DNA of 63,066 nt, the filler included, from Octopus bimaculoides (Eukaryota), in the NCBI RefSeq assembly GCF_001194135.2. It is 4 parts of 4 records of this genome, joined end to end, with 100 filler letters (N's around TTAATTAATTAA, not from the genome) between each part and the next. Parts side by side here need not be neighbours in the genome. Positions count along the whole stretch, not along the records: positions 8,489 to 28,226 come from NC_068983.1; 3 more parts are not named here. One strand, given 5' to 3'. The notes below the pieces were generated by a model that was given only the letters and a program-made list of their open reading frames with translations, was not told where the DNA came from and searched no databases. Shown here in pieces: positions 13,058 through 25,990 of this stretch (its first letter is position 1; each line of letters starts with the position of its first letter). Made by a program: the position numbers and the translations under genes.

Positions 13058-14591
13058 CCTCTTGATAATATTTTCACATTTTATTCCAAATTCTAATAAT
13101 TTTCATATTTTATATCTTAATTCTTTGCTTAATAGTGTTCACGTGCTTAGTAAACATTGCTTTCATTACGTTATTACAGTAATAATCTCATTTTTTAAAC
13201 AAATATCACGGTAGTCCAACAACAGAGGGAGAGCAGTATGTCAACGTTTACCTTCCCCTCAAAGCAGCACAGAAATTCCAATTCAGCAGCCCAACTATAA
13301 GCTTTGCAGTCTCTGAATGAGTTGGAGTGACGAAATTGCAAATAATGAATGAAATAAGCATGAAATGAAAAATCGTATAAATAAAAGGGCATTACTACAG
13401 ATGTATATGTCCCCGAATGCGTTGCCTCACAACATCCAGAAAAATGGATACTTTTTAACAGAACCTTCTATAAATACCACTTAGATCGTGTTGCTTCAGA
13501 GTATATGAGGATTAATTGGAAATAAGTTTTCTGATGGGCGGAAAGTGGACTTTACGAAAGTTCACACGATCTGACATTTTTCCCTCATAAATTTCAGGAT
13601 GATGGGTATAATTTAATGAAAATTTATAGAAATCGTTTTCAAACGGCATAGAGTGGAGCATCTTTGTATGACAAAACTTTTGAAAACTCTTTTTTTTACA
13701 CCCCACACCCTTATCATCCATCTCCGAACCTATTTTGGCCAATTTTCTTTTTGCACTTCAAAACCATGGGAAGATCATTTTCGGTAAAAAAAAGAAAAGA
13801 ACCCAAAATATGCTAATATTTTCAGAGGGAAAAGTGAATGTTTTAAGGGTGATATAGCTGTTGTTTCTAGCACATCCAGAGAAAGACAACCCTTCTCGTT
13901 TCTTTATCACTCCCGCGTGTAATGATGTTTTTAAATATTTCCCCCCCATATATCTCTCTCTCACACACACACTATATATANNNNNNNNNNNNNNNNNNNN
14001 NNNNNNNNNNNNNNNNNNNNNNNNNNNNNNNNNNNNNNNNNNNNNNNNNNNNNNNNNNNNNNNNNNNNNNNNNNNNNNNNNNNNNNNNNNNNNNNNNNNN
14101 NNNNNNNNNNNNNNNNNNNNNNNNNNNNNNNNNNNNNNNNNNNNNNNNNNNNNNNNNNNNNNNNNNNNNNNNNNNNNNNNNNNNNNNNNNNNNNNNNNNN
14201 NNNNNNNNNNNNNNNNNNNNNNNNNNNNNNNNNNNNNNNNNNNNNNNNNNNNNNNNNNNNNNNNNNNNNNNNNNNNNNNNNNNNNNCACACATTCTCTGA
14301 TATTAAAATGAAAATGTTAAAAACAGTGTATGAAAATTCACATATGGAAAAATACATATACATATTCTTATACATATTCTTTGACAATCGAATAAAGTTG
14401 ATGAGGAACTGACCTGGCTTTTTTCTCTTGTGTATATTGAGGGAATGTTTTACTGTCTTAAGAGACAGTATGACTGGCTAGCTGGGGTGGGAGGGAAGAA
14501 GAGTTAAAAAGGATTTTTTAATTTTATTTTTGGTTGATCTGTGACAGTCTGTCATGGTTCACTGGTTTTTGGGACTGGTTTTGTGCACATC

Positions 14592-14628
<37 letters not shown>

Positions 14629-14709
14629 ATTACCAATGACTCATTTCAATACGAGAAAGCAGTATATAACATATATATAAGTACATATCCAGTCACTGAG
14701 TAGGAAGAT

Positions 14710-14960
14710 GAAGGTGGCAAGTTGGCCGAATAATTAGGACGCCGGACAAACTGCCTACTGGTATTTCGTCCCTCTTTACCCTCCGTGATAAAATTCTGCT
14801 GAGGTAGACTTATGTTTTTATCCTTTCGGAGTCGATAAAATAAGTACTAGTTTTATGTAGTCGACTTGTTGGGTTAATGTAGTCGACTTATTGGGTTAAT
14901 GTAGTCGACTTAGCCCTTCTGCACGAAATTGCTCGCCTTGTGCCAAAATTTGCAACCCAT
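14710..14960 (+). mobile_element. SINE family B with internal 22-bp tandem expansion
   Basis: Degenerate head. ATGTAGTCGACTT recurs at a period of 22 bp from 14855. Confidence 0.7.
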
Positions 14961-16261
14961 ATATATTTAAATATATTGACGTTGATGTATCAAAAAATGA
15001 CTGAATCTTATGTAATTTAGTTCAGAATGTTAAATCAGTAAAGCATTTCTCACCTTTGAAATAACTAAGAATATTCCAGAAATGATGGAAGAATATAGAT
15101 TACTGCCGTTACCTGAAAAATCATACAGGTAAAAGAACTAATCGTATAGCGTGGAACTTTTTCTTAGACGACTGTAAAGTTCCAATACTTTAGTTAACAT
15201 CTGCTTTAAGGCAGGTTAAATACCGTACACATGTACCTACTCACACAACACACACACATGCGTGCGCATGCCTACAGATACACACACACACACACACACG
15301 CCTAAATATACATTCAGTATATACCTTCGTCTAACACAGAGATACATGCACAGATATAAATACAGGTCCGCGTGCGCGTGTGTATGTGCACTGGTGATGA
15401 GCGGAGTCTATATGTCTATGACTGCGTACATCGTATAGGTATAATTTAGTTCCTTAAATATGTTTGATTACCAGTTCTTTGCTGCCGTGTAAAGAAAATG
15501 TCGTATTACCTATATCTTTAGCGTAAAATTTTCAGCTTTCTTGATGTCTGCAGAAGCACCTGCAACTTCAGCAATGTCGACAACTTGCTCACTAACCACA
15601 TGCATTCTATAGAGTAACGTGTTCAAAACACTGTTCAACTTATTGCTGTGAGAATTTGGTCATTGCTAATAGTAGAAAACGACTTACGCCTACATGAATG
15701 GATATGTCAATACTCTTAATATTAAACATGGTTTGAAAAAGAAATATAGACAAAAAGTTAACCGACCGATGTGTCATGGGATCTCCACACAGAAACTATA
15801 TTACAATTAGTAATAATTTACACGTTCAGAAAATCTGGATAAAGATTATGTTCTAAAGCCGTCTTTTTACACTGTTGTATCTGTCTTTTGACGATGTTTA
15901 TATATTCCGAAGTCGTCGACAGAATGTTTCTTTCTGGCACTGTATGACCCCGCCCCATTCAATGGTACAGTGTTATCCTCAAAGTTTGGATCGTTACAAA
16001 GTCCACTCAGTAACACAGAGTAATTACTATATCAGAACAGACACGACTATCAACACAGTCTAGACGTGCTGTCAACCTTCTGACCTTCCACTTTTCACTG
16101 GGTACTGGTCTGTTTATAACGGCATTCTACTACCACTTTTTACCGGGTGGGGAGTACAATTTCACTATACAGCATCTCCCCTATTAATTTTTTTTATTAA
16201 CAACCAATTTCTTTTATTGACCCTATCTCCACTTATATATATATATATATATATATCAAAA

Positions 16262-16357
16262 GTAGAACACTGAATTCCTAAAGATAGACCCTAACAAGAA
16301 ATATATATATATATATATTTCTTGTTAGGGTCTATCTTTAGGAATTCAGTGTTCTAC
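16262..16357. repeat. Perfect 96-bp palindrome centred on (AT)9
   Basis: GTAGAACACTGAATTCCTAAAGATAGACCCTAACAAGAA-(AT)9-TTCTTGTTAGGGTCTATCTTTAGGAATTCAGTGTTCTAC. Confidence 0.97.
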
Positions 16358-17147
16358 ATTTTCCCTTGTATGTGTGGTTTTGACGGCTTGTAACGGTGTT
16401 GAAACCTGAAAAGTGTCATATTGCCAATCCATCGGTATTTCCTCTCTTGTTGGTTCCTTTTCTATGACACTTTTCGTAAGCTGGTTTCTGTCTCCTTTCC
16501 ATTCCATTTCTACTTCTTACACCACACACCATTCTTTCTATATATGTTACAATTTCCCCTTCATAGTACTGCTTCCCACTTTTGTACGTTCTTACATCTA
16601 CCTTTTCACCGATTCTAAAGTATCAGCATGTCTTTACTAGCACGTATTCTTTCTTACTGGTAAGAGTTTTTCGAATACTGACTTCACCTTCTGGTGAACA
16701 ATAAATCTGTTGGTGAAAGTCCATCGGGCATTTTTGGATTCAGAGCTACCCTGTATACTCTTAAGAATTGTTGGATCGCGGCCTCGTTCGTGGCTTCCAC
16801 ATTAGCTTTCTTTAAAGCCCCCTTAAAAATGTCCAGTAAGCGTTCGGCCCTTCCATTCGACCTAAGGTGATACAGTACTATAGCTTTATTTTCTATCTTG
16901 AACATCTCGCAGAATCTTTTAAACTCACAGATACAAGCTGTGTTCTCTTATCAAAGACAGTTATATCCGGTACACTAAATCTTGCAAACAGCTTGTGTAA
17001 GAAGTTTATTACCGTATATAGTGTTGGTCGTTTACACCTCGCGACAATTTTCTGTACATGTCTGCTACTGTACTACATTTACGATACGAAGAATTATGTA
17101 CATTATTTACATTTGACGGATATCCACCTCATCTTGTTTGCTGTTAA

Positions 17148-17192
17148 CCCAACGTCTCACTTGATATATCCTCCGGCCTTCATCAGATGTAT
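17148..17192 (-). ncRNA. Second hammerhead-like motif in the opposite arm (degenerate)
   Basis: Minus strand ATACAT-CTGATGA-A-GGCCG-loop-CAAGT-GAGAC-GTT. The CTGATGA core is intact; GAAA has decayed to GAGA and stem II is damaged. Confidence 0.5.
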
Positions 17193-17220
17193 TAGGGAAC
17201 CCAGGTTCGAAATTTCCCCA

Positions 17221-17266
17221 ATACACCTGGTGAAGGCTGGAGGGTATATCAGTCGAAACGTTGTGT
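17221..17266 (+). ncRNA. Minimal type I hammerhead ribozyme-like motif (degenerate)
   Basis: Stem I ACAC/GTGT; core CTGGTGA (one change from CTGATGA); stem II GGCTG/CAGTC; GAAAC; cleavage triplet GTT; palindromic AACGTT in place of stem III. Confidence 0.6.
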
Positions 17267-20200
17267 TAGCAACAACCAAGATTAGGACAAATATTCGTCA
17301 AATGTAAATAATGTAAATGATGTATGCCTGCCACTACTAAGTAATAACATCCATTTATTGGACCTGTAATATCGATATACAATCGGAACCATGGTAATTT
17401 CACTTCCAGTCAACGTTCATATTTTTTGTAGTAGGTAGCTTCGCTGCCAGCGCCCATCCTCTGCAAGCTTTTAACAGTTTTATCATTTCTTGTCCATTCT
17501 TGGTCAGTATACGAAACTTCGTATCAACACTTTAATTCTTGAGATGCCTGTGTGTCCTACATGAAACCCGTTTAGTATACTCTTCTGTAATGTCTGTGGT
17601 ATGAACACCCTGTGAGCGTACATTAGTATACCATCACATATAGAGTACACGTTCACATCTGGGCAGTTCTTTGCATCAGACCTTTCTTTGCTTTTGTTGA
17701 ACACATATTTCTTCTTGTCTCATTAACAAACTTGTTATTTCTCGCATTTCATTTTATTTATTTCAAAGCTACTGGTAGTTCACGTCCGAAGTTCCACATC
17801 TCTCTATTTTGATTCAGTTCATCGACCTCATTCGATCACTTGACTACACTGTTTACACTATTACATAAAGCGTTTATCGGTGCCAAATAAATTCATGGAT
17901 TTTTTTCAACACAAACTTTCAGTGTTTTGGTTCAATCTTTGCACATTATATTACAAACACGTTCGCCCGTGAAATGCAAATTTCTTCCCATAACACCGTA
18001 CGCTATTTTGTTCGAACTACATAATTTTGGTTCACCCATTTGTTCCCATATTTTCTTATTTATGATTGTGATATCACACTCCGTGTCTAATTGCATTCTG
18101 ACACTTGGTATTTTTAATTTTCACATTCACAAATTTTCTGATTGTTATAGTCACACATTTTTCAGCTGACAAACTATTAATTTTCTCTTGTTTGTTCCAG
18201 TTTCCTATCATTCTAGTTTTGCAGTGTGATTTTATATGTCCTGTAAAGCTGCAGTGGAAACACGTGGCTTATATTTTTTATACGGACAATCTTTTTCATG
18301 TGTATTGCACCGCATGCAACACATGGGTCTACAACCCAATATTTTTTTCTGTTTTTCCTGCAGCACTTTACTTGTCTTCCGAAACTTTTGCACTACTCTT
18401 ACGTGGAAACACTGCTTCCGTTGAATTTTTTCAGTGTAATGCCTTAATTCGAAGGTCCAGTCACATTCTTCCGACAGTTTCTGCAACGTCGAATTTTGAT
18501 ACATTTCCAGTTGTGATAGAATTTTCGTTCGGATTTCTGCGTCCCTTCTATCTGTTAACCCTTGTGCAAGTCTTAAATATTTGAAAGAATCTAGACTAAG
18601 CATATCTAACCTAAATCTTAAAGTTTTTGTTGAATCTGCCTGCGAAAGTAGTGAAGTCGTCATTTTTGCTGTTTTCAATGTTTAAACATTTCCATCTAGT
18701 AGTAAACAGTGAGCTCTTTGCACAAAACATTTTGCACAAAATGTCAACTTTGTCGTTGAAATTTATGTCCGACGCTTCTTTGGCAATATGAAGTTACTAT
18801 ACTTATGCCCTGCTGTCGCTGGTTTTCTTCACACAAAATGCGTTTTCATTTCGTTTGTCCAATCTTTACCTTCTGTTTCAAGAATTTCTTGAAACCTTCG
18901 AAGTAAGCCTTGAAGGATACTCCTTCTTCGGGGACATATTTGATTCCGCTTATGGAATTTGCTACGTGGTCAGGTGAAAATGTATTGTCCGGTTTGGTTA
19001 TCTTAATTAGTTTTATCATATACTACTGCAATTCTTATTGTTCTTCTAGTTGTTCCTTGAGTTGTTGTTGTTGCTGTTTTTTGCAGCTCAACTATCACAC
19101 CTAACAAGTCTTCCATATTTTACGATTTTCGTAAGTCTGCATAAGATTTTGTCTCTTTTTTGTCGGTTTATTTAATTTTCCAAGTGAATTAGTTTAAACT
19201 CCCCGAGTGAATTTTTTCTTTTTTTTTAGTCTGCGTAAATTTGATTCTCCTCGTAGCCACTGTTGTAAAGTGATCTTTCGCCACTGTTGTTGTATCTTCG
19301 CAAGCACCATAATTATGTGTAACATTGAGAATTGCCGTCATCGGTTTAATGATGATAAAATGTTGCATTGAAAGTCATTAATAGAATGTATATTGATTCC
19401 AAATGTTGTAAGGTACTTCAGAATTTGGTAGGCTTTAGTGCTAGAGTAAAACCTGAATATATAAAACAGCCCCCCACCCCAGAATCGAGTATAACTAGGT
19501 AGCGTGTCTCATGATTTCGTTTTAGGCACAAGAAAAGCTACATTTTCAGATTGTTAGTTCTCTCAACTCTAAAGCTTAGCAAAACATTTAGGATAAGACA
19601 TCTGAATGACGATACACCTACATTAGTCTTAAAATTATTTGAAACTGTGTGCAATGGAGCAATGTGTAATAAACACCATGCTGAAGGATACGATGCACAA
19701 CTCAGTCCAGAATTGAACTCCATAACTTCTGATACTATTCCCACTACTATACGCATAAGTCTACGTGAATGATATTTGTTAAATATATATATATTTTAAT
19801 TTAAACCTTTTATTTAGAAAGAGATTATATCTGTGATACCGGTAGCATAACCCGTACGTAATCTTCTCATATCGAACCACCCACTTTAGTCTTAGTTAAT
19901 TCACGGCATTAATGCTTATATCCTTTTCATAATTTACTGAGTTTCTACAGCACTTCAGCAGACAGGGGTCAATATAATAAGTTATGCTTCAGGCAATTGT
20001 TAAGGTAAATGTGCTTATAGTTGTCCTTGAGTAGGTCACATATTTCTCTACTGAATTATCGAGGAGCGTTCACCTCCGAATGACTGCGTGATGTTGCTAC
20101 GACTTTGATATATTGGTTTTGGTAAAAAAAAAAGCAAAATATAAAGTAAAATGAAGCTCATGAGACGGAGTTTCACAGGGGTCACACTTTTGGTCTATTG

Positions 20201-21689
20201 CACTGACTCTACTGATTCTTTTTGCTTTTTAACATCTTTACCTACGTCATCGCGTTTACTGTTCCTTCAGTGGTGTGGCGCCTAACCTCTTTTTACATGG
20301 AAAACCATTTACAATGATTTATGGATGTGATATATAAATACTTTATGCCAACATCATTGCTTATCTGAATTAGTGCAGGTATGTAGAAAATGTAAAATGA
20401 ATTATGGCCAAAAACTATCCCTGCTATATAGCATTTGAAAAGGCAAATCTGCTATGCGATTCGCTTATTTAATGCAACCATGATTTTCTCATGCATGTCA
20501 AATTTCATGCATGTGACACGGAAAAAAGAAATCTTAAGAGAATGAAGTATTTCTAATGATATTTTACCAATTTCATGTCGCCCACCTCCACGTCCTCCTC
20601 CTCGTCGTTGTCATTATCATCATCATCATCAATCATCATTATGGCTTTGATTTTTGTGATCTGCGCTAAAGTAGATACATTGTCCCTAACGAAAAGTTGA
20701 AATATGAATTCATTGGTATTTTAACTCTTTTTGATAGCATTGCGAGCATTGACCGCTGAGACTGCGTCTATTCTTAATACCGAAAATATTTAGAAATATA
20801 TATGCAGAATCGTAAAGAATCCAGAAATTTAGATTCAAAGTTTTAGTGTAATCAGCATTCAGTTGGGGTTTTACATTCTTTATTTTCTTATTCTGTTTCA
20901 GCCAGGAGGAAAGCTAAAAATATATTTGTTTTAATATTCTCGAAGATAATGCAATACTAGCATGAATTACAAACGAAATAGGAGAGATACTATTGTTAGT
21001 TATATATATATATGTACACGGACACGAGTGCAAAGATACAATGCTGAATGGAATATATCTATATAGAAAAGTACAAGATATTTTTGTCAGTAAGAACAAA
21101 CAAATAAAATCTAGTGCGTGTCTACTTTTTAGTATAATGATTATAATATATATATGTAAGACAAATATACCCATTGTGAAGCCCGTGTATGATTGGTCCC
21201 GATTGTGCTACTGTACTTTTGCATATTTTTCAAAGCTACTGGGTAACCATATGACGAACAAGCTTCGTTATTCTGTATGAATTTAGAAACATCTGACAGG
21301 CAGCGATAATAGTACAGAAATTTGCATATATAGAATAAAGGCTCTTCAACTTGTTATACAACCGAGAAGTGAGATATATTTCAACAATGAAATCTGGAAA
21401 CTATTAAACATAATTCTGTTTTTCCTACTCTTGTGAAATTTTCACTGTCTAAAGCTAGTTATTAGATAAATCAACCGAGATTACTAGAACTAAATTGATA
21501 TTGCATAAATATGTTGTGCAATTATATATCTCTAAATAACTAATATATGTGATTGTAATTGACGCTGTCAGAAAAAGAAGCACTCTCTCACGAAATTCTA
21601 CATGTTTACGGTGGGATACTTCACAATATATATAAATATATGTTAACAGACAGACAGACAGACACACATACACACACACATATATATAT

Positions 21690-23670
21690 TAGTATATAAC
21701 GGACTCTGCCGTCGTTAGACGACGTATTAGTGCACAATTTCGACCGAACCGACGTGGGTTTTTCCTCCCGTGAGTTTTGTCATTTGTCTACCTAAATTGT
21801 GTTATTTAAAAATTATTATGTTTTTTTTTGTGTTTAATCGACTCTCAGCCTGCTTAGCAGGGGAAAAGTCGAGTCAAGAAAATTCACCTTTAAGGGGCAA
21901 ATTGTTCATCTTTGCAACTTTATCTCGTGTAATTTATTTACACATTTTTGAAATTATAACTTCCTGCCAAAACGCAGACAACGCCCCCAATATCAACAAA
22001 CTCAACGAGATGTACCATGAAATGCTTCCTGTTCTTCCCTATCACAAATAGAGGAAATAAACACAGAAAAAAACCCCGACATAGACATTATATGCAACAA
22101 AAGACACCCAAATGTACAACAACGAACAAGAAAAGGAACTGAACAAACGAAACCGACGTGGGTTCGCATCGTTGGCAACTATAAACCAGGAAAACCTAAT
22201 AATTAACCAACTTGATCTAGAAAAATATATAAGCTTAGCAAAGCGTGAAGAAAATAACATAAATTCAACCCCACCCGGTGATATAATGCAACAGACCGCC
22301 AGGTAAACAATAAAATTTAAATCACTTTCACTAAAAACGAAAAAAGGTGAGCATATGCCAAAAGAAACCATAGAAAAATGCCTGCAGCCAATTTGAAGCG
22401 CTAACAAATACGTAACAAGAGTGAAAATGTAAGGCACTGTGGAGGTAAAGTTCGCTTCCGAAGAAGAAGCAGAAGAACCTTCCACAGTGCCTTTGAAAAC
22501 CAACGAACTGGTGCTACTTATATGGGTAAATGCACACCTAAAATAAAAATTGGGGAGATCCTACAAGAAACTTGGTGAGGCTGTTCGTGGCAGCTGTATC
22601 ACACGATTTCGAAAGTAGCGTATACATATTGCAGGTCACGAAGCTGTACGAACACAACTGGTGGGGACAAGGCCTCAAAATAATAATACATGCCACACAA
22701 CAGGACCTCGAAATGATACCCGACTTAATAAAATTACCAAATGGCACAGCTCTCTGACTAATGGTGGAGGGCCACATGCCTATATGTTAAAAATGTGGAC
22801 AAAAGAACCACATTAGAAGCACTTGCGAATTGGACAATCCAGAAACGGGCCACCCTCCACCAGACGTACCTCCAAATCAACTGCCTAAGGAGACCAACGC
22901 CAACCCGATACCACCAACAAGCCCAGCTCCAAGACACAAACAAGACTCCGACGGATAACACCATCAAACAAAACCCCACACCATCCAGCACAAACACTAC
23001 TACAAAATGGCAAGATGATTCCACAACACAGCAAGAATGGGAAGAAGGAAAATGAAAAACACTTCCCCAACCCACTCCACCCCACAGACACACACCACAA
23101 TGCAACCCTCCACCCCACGAACACCGGAACCTCATACTCCAGAATCTGTCATCAACATCACGGCAATCAACAAAAGAAACACACATTTAACAAAACACAT
23201 AAACAAAAAGCCTCGCCTATTCACCTTTCAACGCCCCCTCCTCGCATTCACAAATTCCTGAACACATCCAGTTAATAACACTCGACTGTCATTCATATAC
23301 GGAATTGAAAGAAGAATATCCTGGAACTTAATTAACGACGCCCCACAAGCCACGACCAGAGGGGAGGATAAAACCATAACCTTCTACAATCTCCAAAACT
23401 CATCCAAGAACGCTACACCGGGAGAGGAGGATATATCCATCCCCATCACCAAGTAAGTAATTAATTCTATTCATCATGGCTGCGTTCAAGTTTGACAGTG
23501 TGAATGTGCGTGGTCTGGGATCGTATTGGAAGAAGCGCGCTTGCTGAATGATCTCAGCTCATGGGATTTGGTTTCGTAGTTACCCGTGTCACAAGCTCTT
23601 CCGCCTCTCTTCCATGGTTATGAGATCTACCTATCTCCAAGCCAGCCTAGAGGAGGCGGAGGTATTTTGA
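21690..23670 (+). mobile_element. L1/Tx1-type LINE remnant: 5' UTR, decayed ORF1 with CCHC knuckle, start of ORF2 endonuclease
   Basis: CX2CX4HX4C at 22785-22826 (C*KCGQKNHIRSTC). RRM-like GTVEVKFASEEEA near 22440. ATG at 23476 reads MAAFKFDSVNVRGL, an APE endonuclease N-terminal S-x-N-V-R-G-L motif. Homology ends by ~23670. Confidence 0.7.
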
Positions 23671-25029
23671 TTTTACAATATGAACATTTATATTCAACTT
23701 TAATTTGTTGGGTTATTCAGGCTCATCCATATTTAATTGTTTGATACACTATTAATAATACTGAAATACATAACACTTCGATGTTTTTGTTTTAGTTTGA
23801 CTTTGGATGAAGTTGCTCTCCTTCTTCCTCCCACATATCCTCAGATGCCGCTGCGATTCAAGACTGATGACCTTAACAATCCGCATGACATGAACTTGTA
23901 CTGAATATGAAAGACTCTTTGAAGAGAGTGCAACATATGTCTGTTAGTGTGGTACATGAGGAAAGGGACGTCGTAGGTGACAGTAAGTGAAATTAAGTAC
24001 TAAACCGGCACGGATGTAAGACTGGATAGATTTGGTAGAATCAATGTTTACAGAGGACAACATTATAAGAGAGAGAGTAGTAAAATGTTGAAGAGGATTT
24101 TGGAATGATTTTCTTTATGAATGACATTACGTGACCATTCTCTGAATTCGGCATATGATTTATCTCAAGGTAGCTGAAGTGATTTATTATTACATTGATG
24201 CACATATTAGAGCATTCCGAATGCGTATTGGAAGTAGATACTGATGGATATGAATCTAAACATAGCGAAAACATTTATGCATTTAATTATATAACAAAAC
24301 GTAATTGCAATTCCTTATTCTGATCGACTACAAAACCATACAGACCTATCCACCACCTTCGCTATTTGTTTAATTCATAATAATTCACAAATGTAATTTA
24401 TTGAGAGTTAATATTTACTTTTCTTCATTACATTTGCATTGACATTAAACTAGAAGGCTTTCTCTTACTGTATTAGATGATTCCTTACTAATAGAAAAAA
24501 GTACCAGTATTGAAATATGCAAGTATTTTCAAAACAAATACAATGATTCAATTATTTCCGGCCTTGATAAAAGATCTTCTTTCTATAAAATTCCTGCATT
24601 ATATTATACAAAGCTTCGGTATTGTCTGTACTACAATAAAATAAACAACACGTCACCATGGTGGTCCCAATGATGCACACAAACATTCTGATCATCAGCG
24701 TAAGCATAATCCTGATAATCGATACCATCATCAATGTCACCACCACCAGCAAGAGCAACAGATATGGGATTAGATGCTGACATGTCTTCTCTTATGTCAG
24801 CAAATAACCGAGTTCTGATAGTGTTATTCACTCAGTAGATAAATGACGAGGCAGATATGTAGTGAAACCGTGTAATCTGGTTTTTCGGGAGATGGGAAAT
24901 GCTATTTCGGGTTCACTTTTACAAAGCATGAATTTCTTTACACAAACTTTAGTTCAGACTAATGCTCTCACACAAAAATATCTCACCATAAAATCTTCCA
25001 AAACTGCGCCTATCGCAAGTTATAATTGA

Positions 25030-25177
25030 TATTTTCTTCACTATCCTATTCATCATCATCATGATCATCATCAGCATCATCATCATCATCATCGTCGTCT
25101 GCATCATCATCATGGATATCGTCATCTTCATCATTACCGTCATCATCGGCATCATCGTCATCGTCGTCGTCTACATT

Positions 25178-25212
<35 letters not shown>

Positions 25213-25270
25213 TACCCCCACCACCATTATCATCATCATGATCATCATCAACAGCAACAACAACAACAAT
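25030..25270 (+). repeat. (CAT)n/(CAA)n degenerate microsatellite
   Basis: Read directly. Confidence 0.95.
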
Positions 25271-25819
25271 AAGAAGAACAACAGCAATACGAATGAGATC
25301 CTTAACATCAATATAGTATATTCAATAGTAATTCAATAAATGTGTAAATTGCAACAACTAAGACTGCCATCCTTTCAACATGTCTTTCTCTGTTTTAATA
25401 CGTAATTTCAACATAGTTTTCTTAAACATCACTTGAAGTAGCAATAACAAATGTAACTTGGAATGGTTATCAAATTACAACACGTTGAAATATCTATTTA
25501 TGCAGAAGTGTTATCGTATAATAAATACATATAAAATAAAAGAAATATATTTGTAAAATAATGGTGTCCACGTTAAAAAAAAAAATACATGAGTCACACA
25601 TAAAGCGCTATATTTTCAATTAATTTTTAATTGTTTCATTAACTATAAGTTGTTGCGAGCTGTAAAGTATATTTTCTAAAAGTCTGTCGTTTTCGTTAAT
25701 CTCAAGCTGGTAAATTTCTTATATCAGGTCTAAGAGACATTTACTTCGCTATAAATGTTTTTTTTTCTCGTTTCGTTTCTCATTCTCCTCTTACCTCTTT
25801 CTACATACGCACTTATGTA

Positions 25820-25990
25820 TACGAGGGGAAGTCAAAACTTATCCGCACTATAACCATAACATATTTTTAATATTGTCACACTGCCTTCTGCGCACGCATG
25901 CTTATACTTGGTACTATTATGGTCGACTATTGTCGATAGAGCGCCACCGAAATAACTCAGCGTACACAACTGCCAGCTCTACCTTAAAAA
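25820..25990 (+). mobile_element. Mariner-like left terminus (solo)
   Basis: TA followed by CGAGGGGAAGTCAAAACTT, resembling mariner TIR starts. No partner TIR is seen in the window. Confidence 0.4.

Larger units (their letters stand above)
17099..17315. mobile_element. Palindromic non-autonomous element (Penelope-like pLTR-derived) inserted in Gypsy integrase
   Basis: Arms 17099-17193 and 17219-17315 are reverse complements (TACATTATTTACATTTGACG...CGTCAAATGTAAATAATGTA, roughly 80% identical by eye). The element separates the integrase N-terminal part from the rve core. Confidence 0.75.
15873..19290 (-). mobile_element. Degenerate Ty3/Gypsy LTR retrotransposon: gag-protease-(RT/RNaseH missing)-integrase
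   Basis: Minus strand, 5' to 3': PBS-like TGGCTACGAGG after ACAACA (~19250-19266); gag-like ORF 18232-18678 with a Cys/His knuckle; protease MQLDTECDITII (~18063-18098); integrase zinc-binding region (RVFIPQTLQKSILNGFHVGHTGISRIK, 17504-17704); rve core (LFARFSVPD.., YHLRSNGRAER, 16684-17050); integrase C-terminus to ~16300; PPT AGGGGAGA (16175-16182); putative 3' LTR TG...CA 16174-15873. Confidence 0.85.

Noticed and set aside
15510-15715. Small minus-strand ORF MHVVSEQVVDIAEVAGASADIKKAENFTLKI with a neighbouring 75-nt GT-AG intron
   Set aside because: Splicing to the upstream segment gives stops in all frames; no homology recognised.
16340-16370. AAGGGAAAA-TGTAG as PPT/LTR start
   Set aside because: The sequence translates as the integrase C-terminus; a better PPT lies at 16175-16182.
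24552-24831. His/Asp-rich small ORFs
   Set aside because: Consistent with decayed (CAT)n-type sequence; no recognisable domain.
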